From positions 21,268,001 through 21,332,000 of the forward strand of contig NW_024704743.1 in NCBI RefSeq assembly GCF_018977255.1: a DNA stretch of 64,000 nucleotides. Reading direction: 5' to 3'. Origin of the DNA: Callorhinchus milii (taxonomy: Eukaryota). Under the pieces are notes generated by a model. It ran no database searches, was not told the DNA's origin, and was given only the letters and a program-made list of their open reading frames with translations. Numbering within the stretch: position 1 is the stretch's first letter; the number at the start of each line of letters is the position of its first letter. The position numbers and the translations under genes are program-made. Shown one piece after another: positions 11,755 to 23,797 of this stretch.

Positions 11755-12025
11755 TTTGTTTGTGTCCCCCGAGTCCTCCGCTCCACCCTCGGCGGCCGTG
11801 CCTTCAGCCACTACGCCAGGAGGCTCTGGAACTCCCTTCCTCACTCCCTTCACCTCACCCCCTCACTTCCTATTTTCAGGTCTTGGCTGAAGACCTTTCT
11901 TTTCGACCGTGCCGTGGTCACCTTCCTCCCCCGCCCCCTGGCTCAGCCCCAGGATCCGTTACTGTGAAGCGCTCTGAGACGCCGTTCGGTGTGGAGGGCG
12001 CTATATAAATCCAAGTTGTTGTTGT
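11755..12025 (+). mobile_element. L2 LINE 3' terminus, young subfamily
   Basis: [24 protein letters not shown]...FRSWLKTFLFD, then gcgctatataaatccaagttgttgttg. Confidence 0.9.
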
Positions 12026-12599
12026 GTACATTTTGTATATGGCATCTGGAGCTTTTGACATTAAGAAAGAGAATGGAAGATCTTTTGAAGTATTAAAGAT
12101 CCTAAAGGGGACTAATATATAATAATAATTCTTGCTTTTGATATAGCGCCCCATCCCATCATTGAGACATCTCAAAGCGCTTGACGGGATATACTGTAAA
12201 GTGGATTGACTGTGTATTTTGTGGGTATAGATAAAATGAACTCTTAACAATGCATTGATAGCATGGTCACAAAATCTAGACCAAGACACATGGACTTGAA
12301 CACGGTGGATGGAAGATTTAATTACTTTACACAGAATGGTTTCACCATATTGAGTCGATCACCCAGGGAGAGGGAGGAGTCAGATTGCATCAGCAAAAAT
12401 GTCAAGAGGGAATTAGATAGCTATTGATGGAGAATTTGACTGAGGTGTTTGTGAGATAGAATTAAGAGACATCTCAGAATTTCTTCAGCCTTGAAGCAAA
12501 CCTTATAAATATATATGAAAGCCTTGATGGGATGGAGAATGTAAACCCAGAACAATACTTGCCAATCCAGCAGGTTAAGAGGGCAAAGGTTAAACAAAA

Positions 12600-12990
12600 C
12601 TTACATGTTGCGAGGATGCCTCTAAGTGTTTTACAGGATGAACTATACAGTATAGTGACTGTATTTTGTAGGTGAATGTGGCAGCGAATTTGCACAAAGC
12701 AATGTCGCAAGTAAACTTTGTCCATGGGATTGTTGGTTATGAAACCAGAAGAAATGCCCTCCTCTTTTGAAGTAGTGTCAATGGATCTTAAATATCCACT
12801 TGAACAGGCAGGTGGGGCTTTGGTTTAACAGCTTATCTTAAGGACGGCACCTTAACAATGAAACACACCCCTAGGACTACATAGATGTGTGTGCCTGGAA
12901 AATGTGGTTTCAAATGCCCAACGTAGGGCTTGAACCTTCAAGATCTTTGATTCAGTTGTGAGAGTGCTATCAACTGAGCCAGGCTGACAT
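12600..12990 (-). mobile_element. Deu-domain-like SINE, old
   Basis: gaacaggcaggtggggc...ggtttaac...aaggacggcacc; head reverse complement gtcagcctggctcagttgatagcactctc. Confidence 0.7.
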
Positions 12991-13721
12991 CCGGTTCAGG
13001 GTTGTGAAGGACACATTTAATAGAGCACTGGAATTACTGTATTTCTTCACAGAGAGGGTAATTAATAGCTGGGACTGGTTACCAGAAAGGGTTGGTACAG
13101 CCAGGACACTGGACTCATTTGAGAAAGAGCTTTGTGCTGTATTGGGATGATAATGGGTGGGTGTTCTATAAGGATGAGATCAGATGGTCTAAAAGGACTT
13201 CTTCATCCAAATCTCTCTTGGAATATCTTGAGGTATATAATCAGTTATTTTTGCAAATATTTTTTACATTACGACAATGATCCTTTCTGGTCTCAACGTC
13301 CATCTTAGTATTTTCCTGACATTGTATCAGTTCAATCTCTGCTGCTCCCACAAGATAACAAGAACCATTTGTTTACAAACCTAACTAGCCTGTTTCTGTC
13401 CAACCCTATCTGACTTCAGAGATAATGATTTTCAGAGACATAATTTTATTTAATACTCTTAGTGATAATGAAACCGGAATGAAACCTTCATATCCTATTT
13501 ATAACAAGTCCTTAAATGGCCTTATCTGTCACTGTATCCGACAGTGTTGAATTGTGTGTACAGCAAATAAAAAGAATAATCCCGAGAATTTAACCGCAAC
13601 TCAGATAAGACAAAGCAAACCTGGGAATTATTTTGCTAGTTAGATGCTTTTTAACTGTTACAAAATAGATTATTTTAATCTAGTTAATGACAATTCAATG
13701 TCCCAATTGAATTGAAAAATA

Positions 13722-14080
13722 ATAATAATCCATGCATTTTATTTAGCGCCTTATCACATTGTTGAAATGTCTCAAAGTGCTTCATAGGATTTACTCAAAC
13801 ATAGCAGCTAACTTGCGCACACAGCCATGAAGTGAATGAACAATTTATTTGAGGATTGCTGACCAGGACACTGGGACAAACTTCTTTCTTTTATCGAGTT
13901 AGAGTGCCGTGGGATATTTGACGTCCACCTAAACGGGCAGACTGGGCCTCGAATTAATGTCTCATCCGAAAAACAGCACCTCCAACAATGCAGCAAACCT
14001 CCAGCATTGTATTGGAGTATCAACCTAGACTGTGAGTTCAAAATCCCAACATGGGACTTCAACCCACAATTTTATGACTG
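13722..14080 (-). mobile_element. Deu-domain-like SINE, old
   Basis: tttgacgtccacctaaacgggcagactgggcctcg...tctcatccgaaaaacagcacctccaacaatgcagc, resembling the AmnSINE/SacSINE core; (ATT)n tail. Confidence 0.75.
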
Positions 14081-16019
14081 AAGTCTGGTTTATTTAAAAT
14101 TGGTGGCAATCATATTCAGACACAGTATTGGTTGCTATGGCTCACTAAGGCTTGCATTTCATATTGTGATTTCATACAAAGCCAGTTTGACTTGTAGTGA
14201 GGGAAGGATTTGCATTATCTTCTTGAGAATGTTGCAACGATGTCTGTATTTCCAGTGAGGGTTGGGTGTATCACACAGTGAGGAAAGAAAGATTCCATTC
14301 ATTTTTTCAGGGTTTTGTATAAGAGGTGAGCATTAGTATATTCAAGGAGATATACTTCACTAGTCTCACTGTCTTTGCCAATGTAATGAATATGACACTT
14401 TTTTAAACAGCATTGTCTGTGGTCCAACTTGTGTGATTGTGACTCTTGTGTGGCTGCTGGAATGGACAAAACTGGGTACTTTTCTTCTGATTTCTTTTCA
14501 TTTGTCTCAGTTGGTTGCATTTTTGACTGTGTGACGGGACTTGATCTCATAGGCTTGGCTGACACTTCACTGCGTACCTGGGGAGTGTTAGTATTGTTCG
14601 TGGTTCCGTCCTTCAGACGAGCTGTTAAATCGAGATCCCATCTCCCTGTTCAAGTGAATTTAAAGATCCTGTGACAAAAAGAGGGGAGTTTCCATCTGTG
14701 TCCTTACTAACAATCTTCTAGATTAATTTCTCATAGCTGTGAAGACTTTGCTATGCGCAAAATAAAATTGCTACACTTGTCTGGTCACGGCACGTAATAA
14801 GAATTATTCTGACGAACTTTGAGAAGAACTTTAGAGAAGGGAGTTTTTCCTGGAGTCCTGACCAACCATCTCCCCTACAAATGAACTTGTCATTTGTTTC
14901 ATGTCTGTTTGTGGGAAATTGCTGTGTCAAAGTGCTCTAAGATGCCGCCCGGCGAGGAGGGCGCTATATAAATCCAAGTTGTTGTTGTCTCCTTCACCAC
15001 TCCTGATCCCAACCCCAGCTCTGGTCCAAATCCCTGACTGTCCACCTCCTTGGGACTTACTCCCGACGTGAAAGAACTATACAGATGTAATTTTTTGTTA
15101 TCGTGTGCAATTGGCCTGCCGTGTTCGCCTACAAATACATGGTCAGTCCACTTCGCAGTAATGGTGTGAGAGTTTTATGATGTGAAAGGTGCCATAACAA
15201 ATACAAATATTATTAGTTTTCAACATTATAGGTGCTATAATAAAAGTGCAAGTTCTTTCACCCCCCTCTCTGAAGAAGCCCCAGCCTGGGCTCAATGAGT
15301 GATCCATTCCATGACTAAGATCATAAACTTACAGTGAATTAAGGGTGCATCCAAATCCTATTGCTCTGTGGTACTGTTCACACTGGAGTATTGCCAGATG
15401 ACTTCTTTAAACTGCCTGGAATGCAATAAGGCAGGCAGCCTGTGACCACCTACAGCTCTGTGCTTTTGTTTTATTCCTCTGTTGATCCTGTGGCTGCCTG
15501 CTATTGCCCAGAACTACATGAGAATAAGAAAAGACAGCATTATGGATGTTGCATAATTACTCCTATGGAGCTGTCCTTCACTTAATTCTATGGTGAGATC
15601 ATAAGGAATGTTCGCAGGTCATACTGTAGTACACTGTACTGTGTTGTAGCCTGGTTCTGTCAAACATAAATAAATAGGAAAGCTTTTGGCACAATAAAAG
15701 CCATGATAGTCACTCATTTTGACTGTTTCAATATTTTTGTTTGAATAACTTCAAGTAAAATAATATTTCATCTACAAAATATACAGTCACTAACTTTACA
15801 GTAAAATCCTCTGAAGCACTTTGAGATGTCCTGCCAAATTGGAAGGTGCTGTATCGAATTACAATATCCTTCAGAAAACTTTTCAGCTTACGAATCCATA
15901 GTTTGAAGGTAAAAGTATAAGAAAACATGTGGACAATAAAGTTCATTGGTTGCAGTTAGAAAATGTAGATGCTTGGTAAGAAAATCTTAACCTTGTCAAA
16001 ATGAGAAGGTTATATACAT

Positions 16020-16046
16020 ATGTGAGTGTGTGTGTGTGTGTGTGTG
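16020..16046. repeat. (GT)n microsatellite
   Basis: atgtgagtgtgtgtgtgtgtgtgtgtg, about 150 nt upstream of the exon at 16199. Confidence 0.9.
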
Positions 16047-16198
16047 GCACTGATTTTAACTTTTAAGATTATTGGGACCATTTACTTCTGCTCAACTTTG
16101 ATTAAGACTCCGAGATATTATCCTATGTGAAAGTCACTACATAAATGCAAGTTGATTTTGTTGAATATTCACTGATTTATTTTCCTTTATATCTGTAG

Positions 16199-16397
16199 GT
16201 GTTCTATATCTGCAATATGGAGATGAAATCAAAAAGATTGCGATGCCAAATGAAATCACAACTATGGACACAGTTCATGCACTCTTTGTAGGTGCCTTCC
16301 ATCAGCAACTCACTATGAAAGTATTGGAATCTCAAAATGTTGCTGTATACATTAAGGATGAGGCCAGGAATGTGTACTATGAACTCTCTGATTTAAG
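16199..16397 (+). CDS. KIAA1217: KIAA1217 internal coding exon (199 nt, phase 1 to 2), AIP3-like N-terminal region
   Basis: Not in the ORF track; translated by hand as (G)VLYLQYGDEIKKIAMPNEITTMDTVHALFVGAFHQQLTMKVLESQNVAVYIKDEARNVYYELSDL(R). Acceptor tttcctttatatctgtag, donor AG|gtaagc. Phases match both neighbouring exons. Confidence 0.95.
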
Positions 16398-16467
16398 GTA
16401 AGCAAACCATGCAGTCTTTCTTTGTCTGCAAAGGAGTACTACCCTCATGCAGGATGACTTAAGTCCT

Positions 16468-16776
16468 GTGGAGTCCTGTAGCTCAGTGGTTAGAGCACTC
16501 GCTTTGCAAGCGAGAGACCTGGGTTTGATTCCCGGCAGGGTGAAACTTTGGGCAAGTTTCCTTACTCCACGTGCCTGATAATAATCCCTCAAAAAAAAAC
16601 AATAATAAATTGGTCATTTCAATCCACGACTATTTGTGGGACACTGCTGTGCGCAATGGGCTGACGCATTTCACCCACAGATATACAGTCAATTCATTTT
16701 ACTGTGAAGCGCTTTGAGACATCTAGAAAACGTGAAAAGCACTATATCAAATGCAAGGATTATTATTATCATTATT
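16468..16776 (+). mobile_element. tRNA-derived SINE, full length, short variant
   Basis: A box, anticodon-like arm ctcgc-tttgcaa-gcgag, B box, (ATT)n tail; 70 nt downstream of an exon donor. Confidence 0.92.
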
Positions 16777-16989
16777 AAAATATTTTCATGACTCTTTGGG
16801 CGAGAGAAAAAAGTCCCTTGGAAGTGACTTTAAAATATCACTGTTGAAATCTAATTGTGATTGTGCAAAATCCACCTAAAAGTGGGAAGGAAATTGCAAC
16901 AGAATAGGCAGACCGGAGAAAGAAAAGGTGTGTCTGGGACCCAGATACTATGGTAATGGTTACAAAAGGATGCTAGGAGGAAGGTGAGC

Positions 16990-17150
16990 TGTTATGGTCT
17001 GAAATTGTTGAAACCAATATTAGGCCAGAGGGCTATAAGGTCCCTAGCAGATAGATGAGGTGCTGTTCATCGAGCTTGCACTATGGCTCATTGGAACAGC
17101 GTAGAAGACCATGGATGGAGAGGTCAGAGTGCAAGTGGGAGGGTGCATTG
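16990..17150 (-). mobile_element. Penelope-like element, C-terminal GIY-YIG region fragment
   Basis: Hand translation of the reverse strand gives NAPSHLHSDLSIHGLLRCSNEP*CKLDEQHLIYLLGTL*PSGL, resembling PLE C-termini (...RKLEEQHLIFRLGTLQPxGLN). Confidence 0.7.
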
Positions 17151-17524
17151 CATAAATTGGCTGCCATGTTTGCCTACAAATACATAGTCAATAAACGTCA
17201 CAGTAAAGTCCTGTGAAGCACTTTGAGATGTCTCGAAGACATGATCAGGTGCTATATATCAAATGCAAGGATTATTATTATTATCATATGACATTGGGAC
17301 CTGCAAGAGAAAGGAAGAAGCTGTGATTCACTCTTATGGTGTCTTATGTGTCTGATACAGATTCAACTCCCTTGAGTTACAAAACTTATACTAATTATAT
17401 TGAATGGAAGAAGTTGTTACTGAATGCAAATGAGTAACACCACACAGAGCACTACAAGTGGAGTGTGTTGCAGTAAAAGCAACAAAACACTTTCACTTCA
17501 TGTTGAACATTTTAGTATTTTTGG

Positions 17525-18870
17525 TCAGCTGGGTGTCTTAACACATGCGGAAACCCATCACCATGCTTAAGAGAATCTAAACCAAACTGAAAGTTCCATG
17601 CATCCCACCTATATGTCCTGACATATTTGTTGGAATGGAACGCACTGGAGGGATGTATCCTGCTTACCTAATTCCAGCAAGAGCCAAGGCTTGGGGATCC
17701 AGAGTGGAGTCCTGTAGCTCAGTGGTTAGAGCACTCGCTTTGCAAGCGAGAGACCTGAGTTCAATTCCAGGTAGGGCGAAACCTTGGGCAAGTTTCCTTA
17801 CTCCACACAGCCTAATAATAATCCCGCCAAAACCAAAAACAATAATAAATTGGTCATTTTCAATCTACGACTGTTTGTGGGACATTGCTGTGCGCAATTG
17901 GCTGCCGCGTTCGCCCACTGCTTGTCCATGTAGGACCATCCTATTGGTGAGGGCTTTGGTTTTCAGGGTCAACATGAGCTGAATGGGATGACTCCCTGCC
18001 TCCAGTGACTGGTCTGCTCTTCCAGGTCCTGCATATGAGCCAGGCTGCCTGTGCTGTATCAGTGGTCCTTGGAATACTACAGACCTGCCTGGCTCAGGAA
18101 CTGGACTCCCGAGACCGCCACAGAAGGCTAGCTCGATTCTGACATTCCAATGCCAGGCATGTCACCTTAGAGCCAATTCAGCTCCAAGGAGTCCCCACTT
18201 ATCTCCTCCCTCCCCACAATGAGGATAGTCACTAGCTGGTCATTTGACATCTAACAAGCGTGGGTTTGAGCCCTCACTAGGTGGATGGCATTCCACCTAG
18301 GAATTCCCTTCATGAGAAATACATGAGAGCATTACCACCATCTTTCTGTCCGGAGCTCAGATACATAACCCTTCCCATTGAGCGATGGTTCCATCAGTTG
18401 GTGGTGCAGAGCTTAAGCACAGTTGCTTAACTCTCACAAACCAATCAAGATGGATTGCAGGTACTGGATGTGTGAACGTGTGTTCAGGAACTTGGACTCC
18501 AGGTAACACCTACCGGCAACTGTCGCCCCAAGTTTCCTTATTAGCTATCTGGTGGACATTACCTTTCGTGTGGTGTGAGGACCTTCACAGGACAGCTGGT
18601 GATGTGCTAGCCACCTTGATGTTCTCGAGTTCCAAGTCAATGCCGTCTACCAGATTCACTCAGCACGAGCTGCTTAATCCAGGTCCTCATGTGAGGGGCT
18701 TTGGCAAATAGACATGCCCGCAGTCTCCGCTTCAAAGGTGCTTAGCAACAGGTCAGTGTAGGCCTCCCTTGCTGCAGCTGCTTCTCGTGTTTGCCATAAA
18801 TCCACCTTACTGCTTGATCCTGGACTTTGCAAAGGAAAGCCTCTCCACTGCACCCCCAGGAGCTCGGAAC
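17525..18870 (+). repeat. Unclassified interspersed repeat, copy 3, interrupted by a SINE
   Basis: Homologous to the reverse complement of 1700-2735, e.g. tgcttgatcctggactttgcaaa vs tgcttgattctggactttgcaaa, and gagagcattaccaccatc. Confidence 0.75.
17704..17918 (+). mobile_element. tRNA-derived SINE, 3'-truncated
   Basis: Near-identical to the reverse complement of 27290-27502; stops at ttcgcccac without a tail. Confidence 0.9.
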
Positions 18871-21539
18871 CATAAAGGCAGAAATCAGATGACTGATGTT
18901 TGCTCAAGGGCCCTGGGCAGTCTATTGCTGGTCATATGGAGTATGTGTCACTAAGACAATAATGTAAATGATTCACTCCGACCTCTCTTCACTGTCTAAC
19001 CATTTGGGTGAATGGGGTTAGGTCTGAAGCATTGTACATAGGGGTTTTTTTTGCCATTGAATCCACGTGCACCATTGTGAACTCAGGAGAAAAGTCCCAT
19101 ATCAACAAACAGATGTCAGAAACTCTAGATTCAGCCCAGAGTACGCACTATGTACTTTTAGCCTTCTTCTATTCATCAGATTGAACCGTTTGTTTTAAGT
19201 GCAAACTGTTTCAAACATCACTTCCAGATGGCCTTGGAATCTCTGCCCAACCACCAGGAATTCCAGCTGAAATGTTGCATCGTTCCTTGCAGAGCAAGCT
19301 GGTCAAAGCGGGTATGCACCTGGTTTCTTTTCTCCAGTCGCAGACCATTCGTCTTGGTGTTCCAATATGTTCGCAATAGGCTACAAATGTTTCTCTGGCT
19401 GCAGGAAAACATTCTGCAAGTATTTACTTCCTATGTGCTCTTTAACCGAAATGTTTATAAAATAAGCAGAGAGCGATCGAAATATGTGTGTGTTTTTTTC
19501 CATTGTTTGTTTGCAAACAAAAACTGAATGTAAAATAGCAGGATTTTGCAGTCGGTGCCTTGCTGGAGGAGAGACTCTTGTTTATGTGCAGGTGTGTTTC
19601 AAATTGACTCACACCCACTCCAACCATTTAGCAATCATCTTGATGGCGGCTTCCAGAGAGTGAAGCACCTTCCTGAGGTGGTGCTGCCCTCTGTTGCTGC
19701 TCACAGGCCACTTCCAGACAACCCAAAGCGGAGAGGGGTCTAAACAGGTCCACGGAGACATTTTAAAAGGCCGCCTGAAATATTTTTTATGTCTTGAACC
19801 ATCTTGCATACAAAAACTACCTATTGGAAAATATTACTCCAAGGAATTTGTCATGGGGGTGGGGGGGAGTGTTAGAATATAATTTACTGTGTGGATATAA
19901 ATGTGTGTAAAACCCTTTCACTGATCTTTTGCGAACATTCGCAAATGTTATTGACATAGTGTAGAAATTGTGCTATTTCTGCCTTTGCCATTTACGAGAA
20001 CCATAAATAAATTGCACTTGATGCCTTTACTTATTGCAACAAGCCATTTGCCAAAGTTTGCTATTCCAGTCTTGCAATTCTGGAGCAATGAAAATGTTTT
20101 GGGAGATTCCAGAAACATCTGTGGAATAAACAAAAGGCATACAGGCTTCCAACAGGAAGCTCCATTTAATTCCAACTTAAATTATAACTTCAGAAAGTAA
20201 ATTGTTTCCAATGAAATTTGACTTGCTGGAATTCTTTTCTTGCATCAAACAATTATTTGGTTTTCGTTCCCTGGAGGTCAAAATGAATATTTGAGCATCA
20301 TTCAACAATCACAGCTTACATTTATAAAGTGCCTTTCACTTTGGCTAAGGTCTCGATTCTCTTTATAGGGAAGGTGTTAAAGTGGAGCAAGGTAGGGGCT
20401 GGGGAGGGGGTGGGATAGAGGAGGTAGGAGAAAGGTGAACAAAGGCACGGTTGATAAGTTTTGTAAAAAGGAATATGGGATGAGATTTAGGGATGTTGGG
20501 ATAGACTTCAGGGAGCGAGGCATTGTGGCTGACAGCTATCCCATCGATGGAGTGGAAAGGCAAGGGATGTGTAACAAGCCTGAGTTTGCAGAGCGAAGAA
20601 AATGGATAGGAGAATAGAGCAGCAGGAGATTGCAGAAGTTAGGGTCGATGAGGACGTGGAGGAGTTTGGAAATGGGAATGAGAATAGAACAATTAGAACT
20701 ATTCAATATTCAGCAGAGCCCCATTAGAAAGCTACTGTAGTTACGACAATGACCCATAAAATCCAGAACCACATTATAATGGGGAGCAATCATGGGTCGG
20801 TGCTTCCACATCGTGACGTCATCAATTACGAAAGATTTATTAGCCCTGAGGGACTCCAATACACTGCAACCGTAATGCTAAGGATAGCTGACAGAATATT
20901 TACTACTTGTATCAGCTCCATTAGAGAAAATATCAATAATGTGGCACATCACATTCAAAGATCTTTTAATCCATATACAAAGTCAAATGTTTTCAGGCTG
21001 CTTTTTGCAATAGACTACAGAGCAGGGAAAGATTGAACGGCCTCCCAACATGCGTACAGTTAAAGTTAAATGGCACCGTTCACCCCTCATAATCAGCAGT
21101 TATGAATACATCCTCTGTGGTCTTTAACAATGTATCAACAAGTATAATTAGCCATTTTTTGGTTCTGGCGAATAGGAATTTTACGCCAGTATTTAACGAG
21201 ATTCAATATCGGGAGTGGTTGAAAATTATACATTTTTGCTGACTCTAAGTAATTTACACCTTAGTCTGCAACTCAGCAAAGTTATTAAAATTAGTGAATG
21301 GCAGAATATCTCACCTTGGAAATATAGGGTAAAACAAGTCCGGAGTTAACACTGAATTATGGTTTCAGTTTGGAACATTTGAGTAATAGTGTAGAGTTGT
21401 TTTTCTCCGGTTGGTTTACTACAGATAAATACATACCAGATGCAAGCACAGAATGCAGTGTAACACATAATTTGCCATTTGCTCTTACAGTTCCCGGGCC
21501 ATGCCTAAAGTGGCAAAGTGGTACCCCATTTTCTCCTTT

Positions 21540-21745
21540 GTCTTCCTTGCCCTGCCTCCCCTCTCTCTGTTACCCCTTAAAAGCCTCTCTCTCCCAACAT
21601 GCCCCAGTTCTGATGAAGGGTCGTGGACCCGAAACGTTGACTTACTTTTCCTTCTCCATAGATGCTATCTGACCTGCTGAGTGTTCCTAACCACTTCTGT
21701 TTTTGTTTCAGATTTCTCAGCATCTGTAGTATTTTACATTTTGTG
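21540..21745 (+). mobile_element. Penelope-like terminal repeat fragment containing a hammerhead-like motif
   Basis: ctgatgaagggtc...gacccgaaacgttgac...gatgctatctgacctgctgag...ttctgtttttgtttcagattt is the pattern I recognise for PLE 3' ends in fishes. Confidence 0.65.
21605..21643 (+). ncRNA. Putative minimal type I hammerhead ribozyme motif
   Basis: CTGATGA (21610-16), stem II GGGTC/GACCC (21618-22/21626-30), GAAAC (21631-35) and palindromic AACGTT. Stem I is weak. Confidence 0.5.
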
Positions 21746-22469
21746 GTCAATTATTATCCTGTTTTTAAATCTAACACCATTTAATTGACTCTGTCATCAA
21801 ATTCCAACTACAGAAAGTAACGTATTTTACAAGTCTGATTGGATTTTTACTGTTTGAAGTATTTTTCTGTTTTAGGTTACATTGTCGTTTGAATAATTGG
21901 GCTGCCGTGCAGGTTTGCAAATGAGCTATTTTTATCGGGTTGTTTTTTGGTAAAAATTCTGATCAAAGACTGAGGTCGATTGAACCATAATGTTTCCTGG
22001 CAAGCATTAATGTTCTTATCAGAATTTGACTTCACAGAAATGAAGATGAGAGGTGCATTTGAAAGGGGGTGAATTGGCTTCAACTCAGCAAATTCGGAAG
22101 AGTTTGGCTGATAAACGCTCTGTCACTCTGCATACAAAGATGAAAGCTTGAACTTGTGTTCAGAGGGCAGGATGCCCAACAGCACTTTCCTGTGCTTGCA
22201 CTGTTTACCAGCGAGAAAGCAGCCAAGTCTTTGGGCGTACCACACCCTAACTTGTTCGCTTGGGTTTGTACATGCATGCTGCACAGGCTGAGCAGATTCT
22301 CACCCAGTTTTAGAGGTTAATTCCTCTTTGAAAAGATTTGACACTCCTGCAAAGTTATAGCAATGGAGATGAGGCTTCCACGTCAAGTGAAATGGGGAAT
22401 CAAAAGAAAAAATTTGAATTTTGCGTGCAGTGGTGGTCTATGACTCTTATTCTGAATCTGATGTGCACC

Positions 22470-22860
22470 TCTCTTTTAGAGAAGAGACGTTTAAGAGGGG
22501 ACCCAATGGAGGTGTTGAAACTTATGAAAGGGTTTGGTAAGGTTAGCATAGATATGCTGTCTCTGCTGGTTGGGCACTCCATAAACAGGGGACATAAATA
22601 TTAGATAGCATCTCTTGGATCTAAAAGAGAAATTAGGAGGAAATAGTTCATGCAGAGGAAAGTGAGATTATGCACCTTACTGCCTGAAGCGGTTGCTGAA
22701 TCAGATAATATTGATGCATTCAAGAGGAAGCTAGCCCTTCACAGGATAGAAGGGTACAGGAGAGAGCAAGGAATTGATGGAGACTCCTGTGGAGTATAAA
22801 CACTGGCATGGACTGTTTGGACTGAGTGGTCCGTTTCCATGCTGTACTTTCTTGGTAAAT
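22470..22860 (+). mobile_element. CR1 LINE 3' fragment, degraded
   Basis: LLEKRRLRGDPMEVLKLMKG...NRGHKY motif. Confidence 0.8.
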
Positions 22861-23618
22861 ATTTATAATTTCTGTTTTTCTGAGATTGACCTAGATTCAA
22901 AGTCTATTAGACACTGTATTTGTAAGCTAATTGAGGTTAATCCACCACACTCAATGTTCTGAAATGTAACTCCCTGCAGACTCCCAAGTCAAGTCCAAAC
23001 ACAAGTCGCTTTACAGGACTAGTCATTCCTCAGTCTTCGATGGCTGCCGTGTTTCAGGATTGCTTCAGTACAGCGTATGTTTTTAACTCTCCCTATGACA
23101 ACTTCTACTTGAAATTCACGTATGGTGCTATTGGGGTGTAGACCCTGACATTTTCTTACCAAAGAAGTCTAAAATGGGAGCAGAAAGCGGGCTGCCTCGC
23201 TTCAAATTGCAGTCCGGCTTTTTTGCCCACTTAAAAAAATAGCTGACTTGCAGATCATCGGGTCAATGCCAGTGTCACTTCCTGGGCCCTGTGCCTGGGC
23301 CAGTTGGAGGTGCAAGTGGGTTTACTGTTCTTCGTACACTACCCTGGCTGAGCAGCAGATGGATTCTGATTGTGCGGATGAACATGGTATACAAATTATA
23401 TGTTCTGTTCAAATTATACGCGTGTGGGCACTGAAGTAAAGCATACAAGCTCTCGATAATGGTGATTATTAGGACAAATAGGCAGCCTCAGTAAATCTTG
23501 AATTCAAAAAGATTTAAATATTGGGCCAGATTTTTCTGTGAAGTATGTGGATAGTCATTGACACCTGAGTGAGGAATAACTCTAAATTTGTTATCCAAAA
23601 TTCCACTTAGGCTTTGCC

Positions 23619-23797
23619 TGTGAGATTGGTTAGCCTTATAATTTAAGATTGTGCAGAATTGTGGAAAATTCTTAAATTCAGTCTTCATTTTGAAAGTGTT
23701 ATCCTGCACTTCAAAGAAGAAAACGGCTTCCAAATTAAGGCTAAATTTAAGAATTTTCCACAATTCTGCGTCATCTTAAATTTAAAATGATCTCACA
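23619..23797. repeat. Long inverted repeat / MITE-like palindrome
   Basis: 23653-23678 and 23744-23769 are perfect 26-bp reverse complements, and the arms extend imperfectly. A diverged relative lies at about 10815-10955. Confidence 0.85.

Noticed and set aside
16468..16545. tRNA-Ala(TGC)-like sequences (several copies)
   Set aside because: They are SINE heads, followed by a shared body and (ATT)n tail, with no proper acceptor stem or poly-T terminator.
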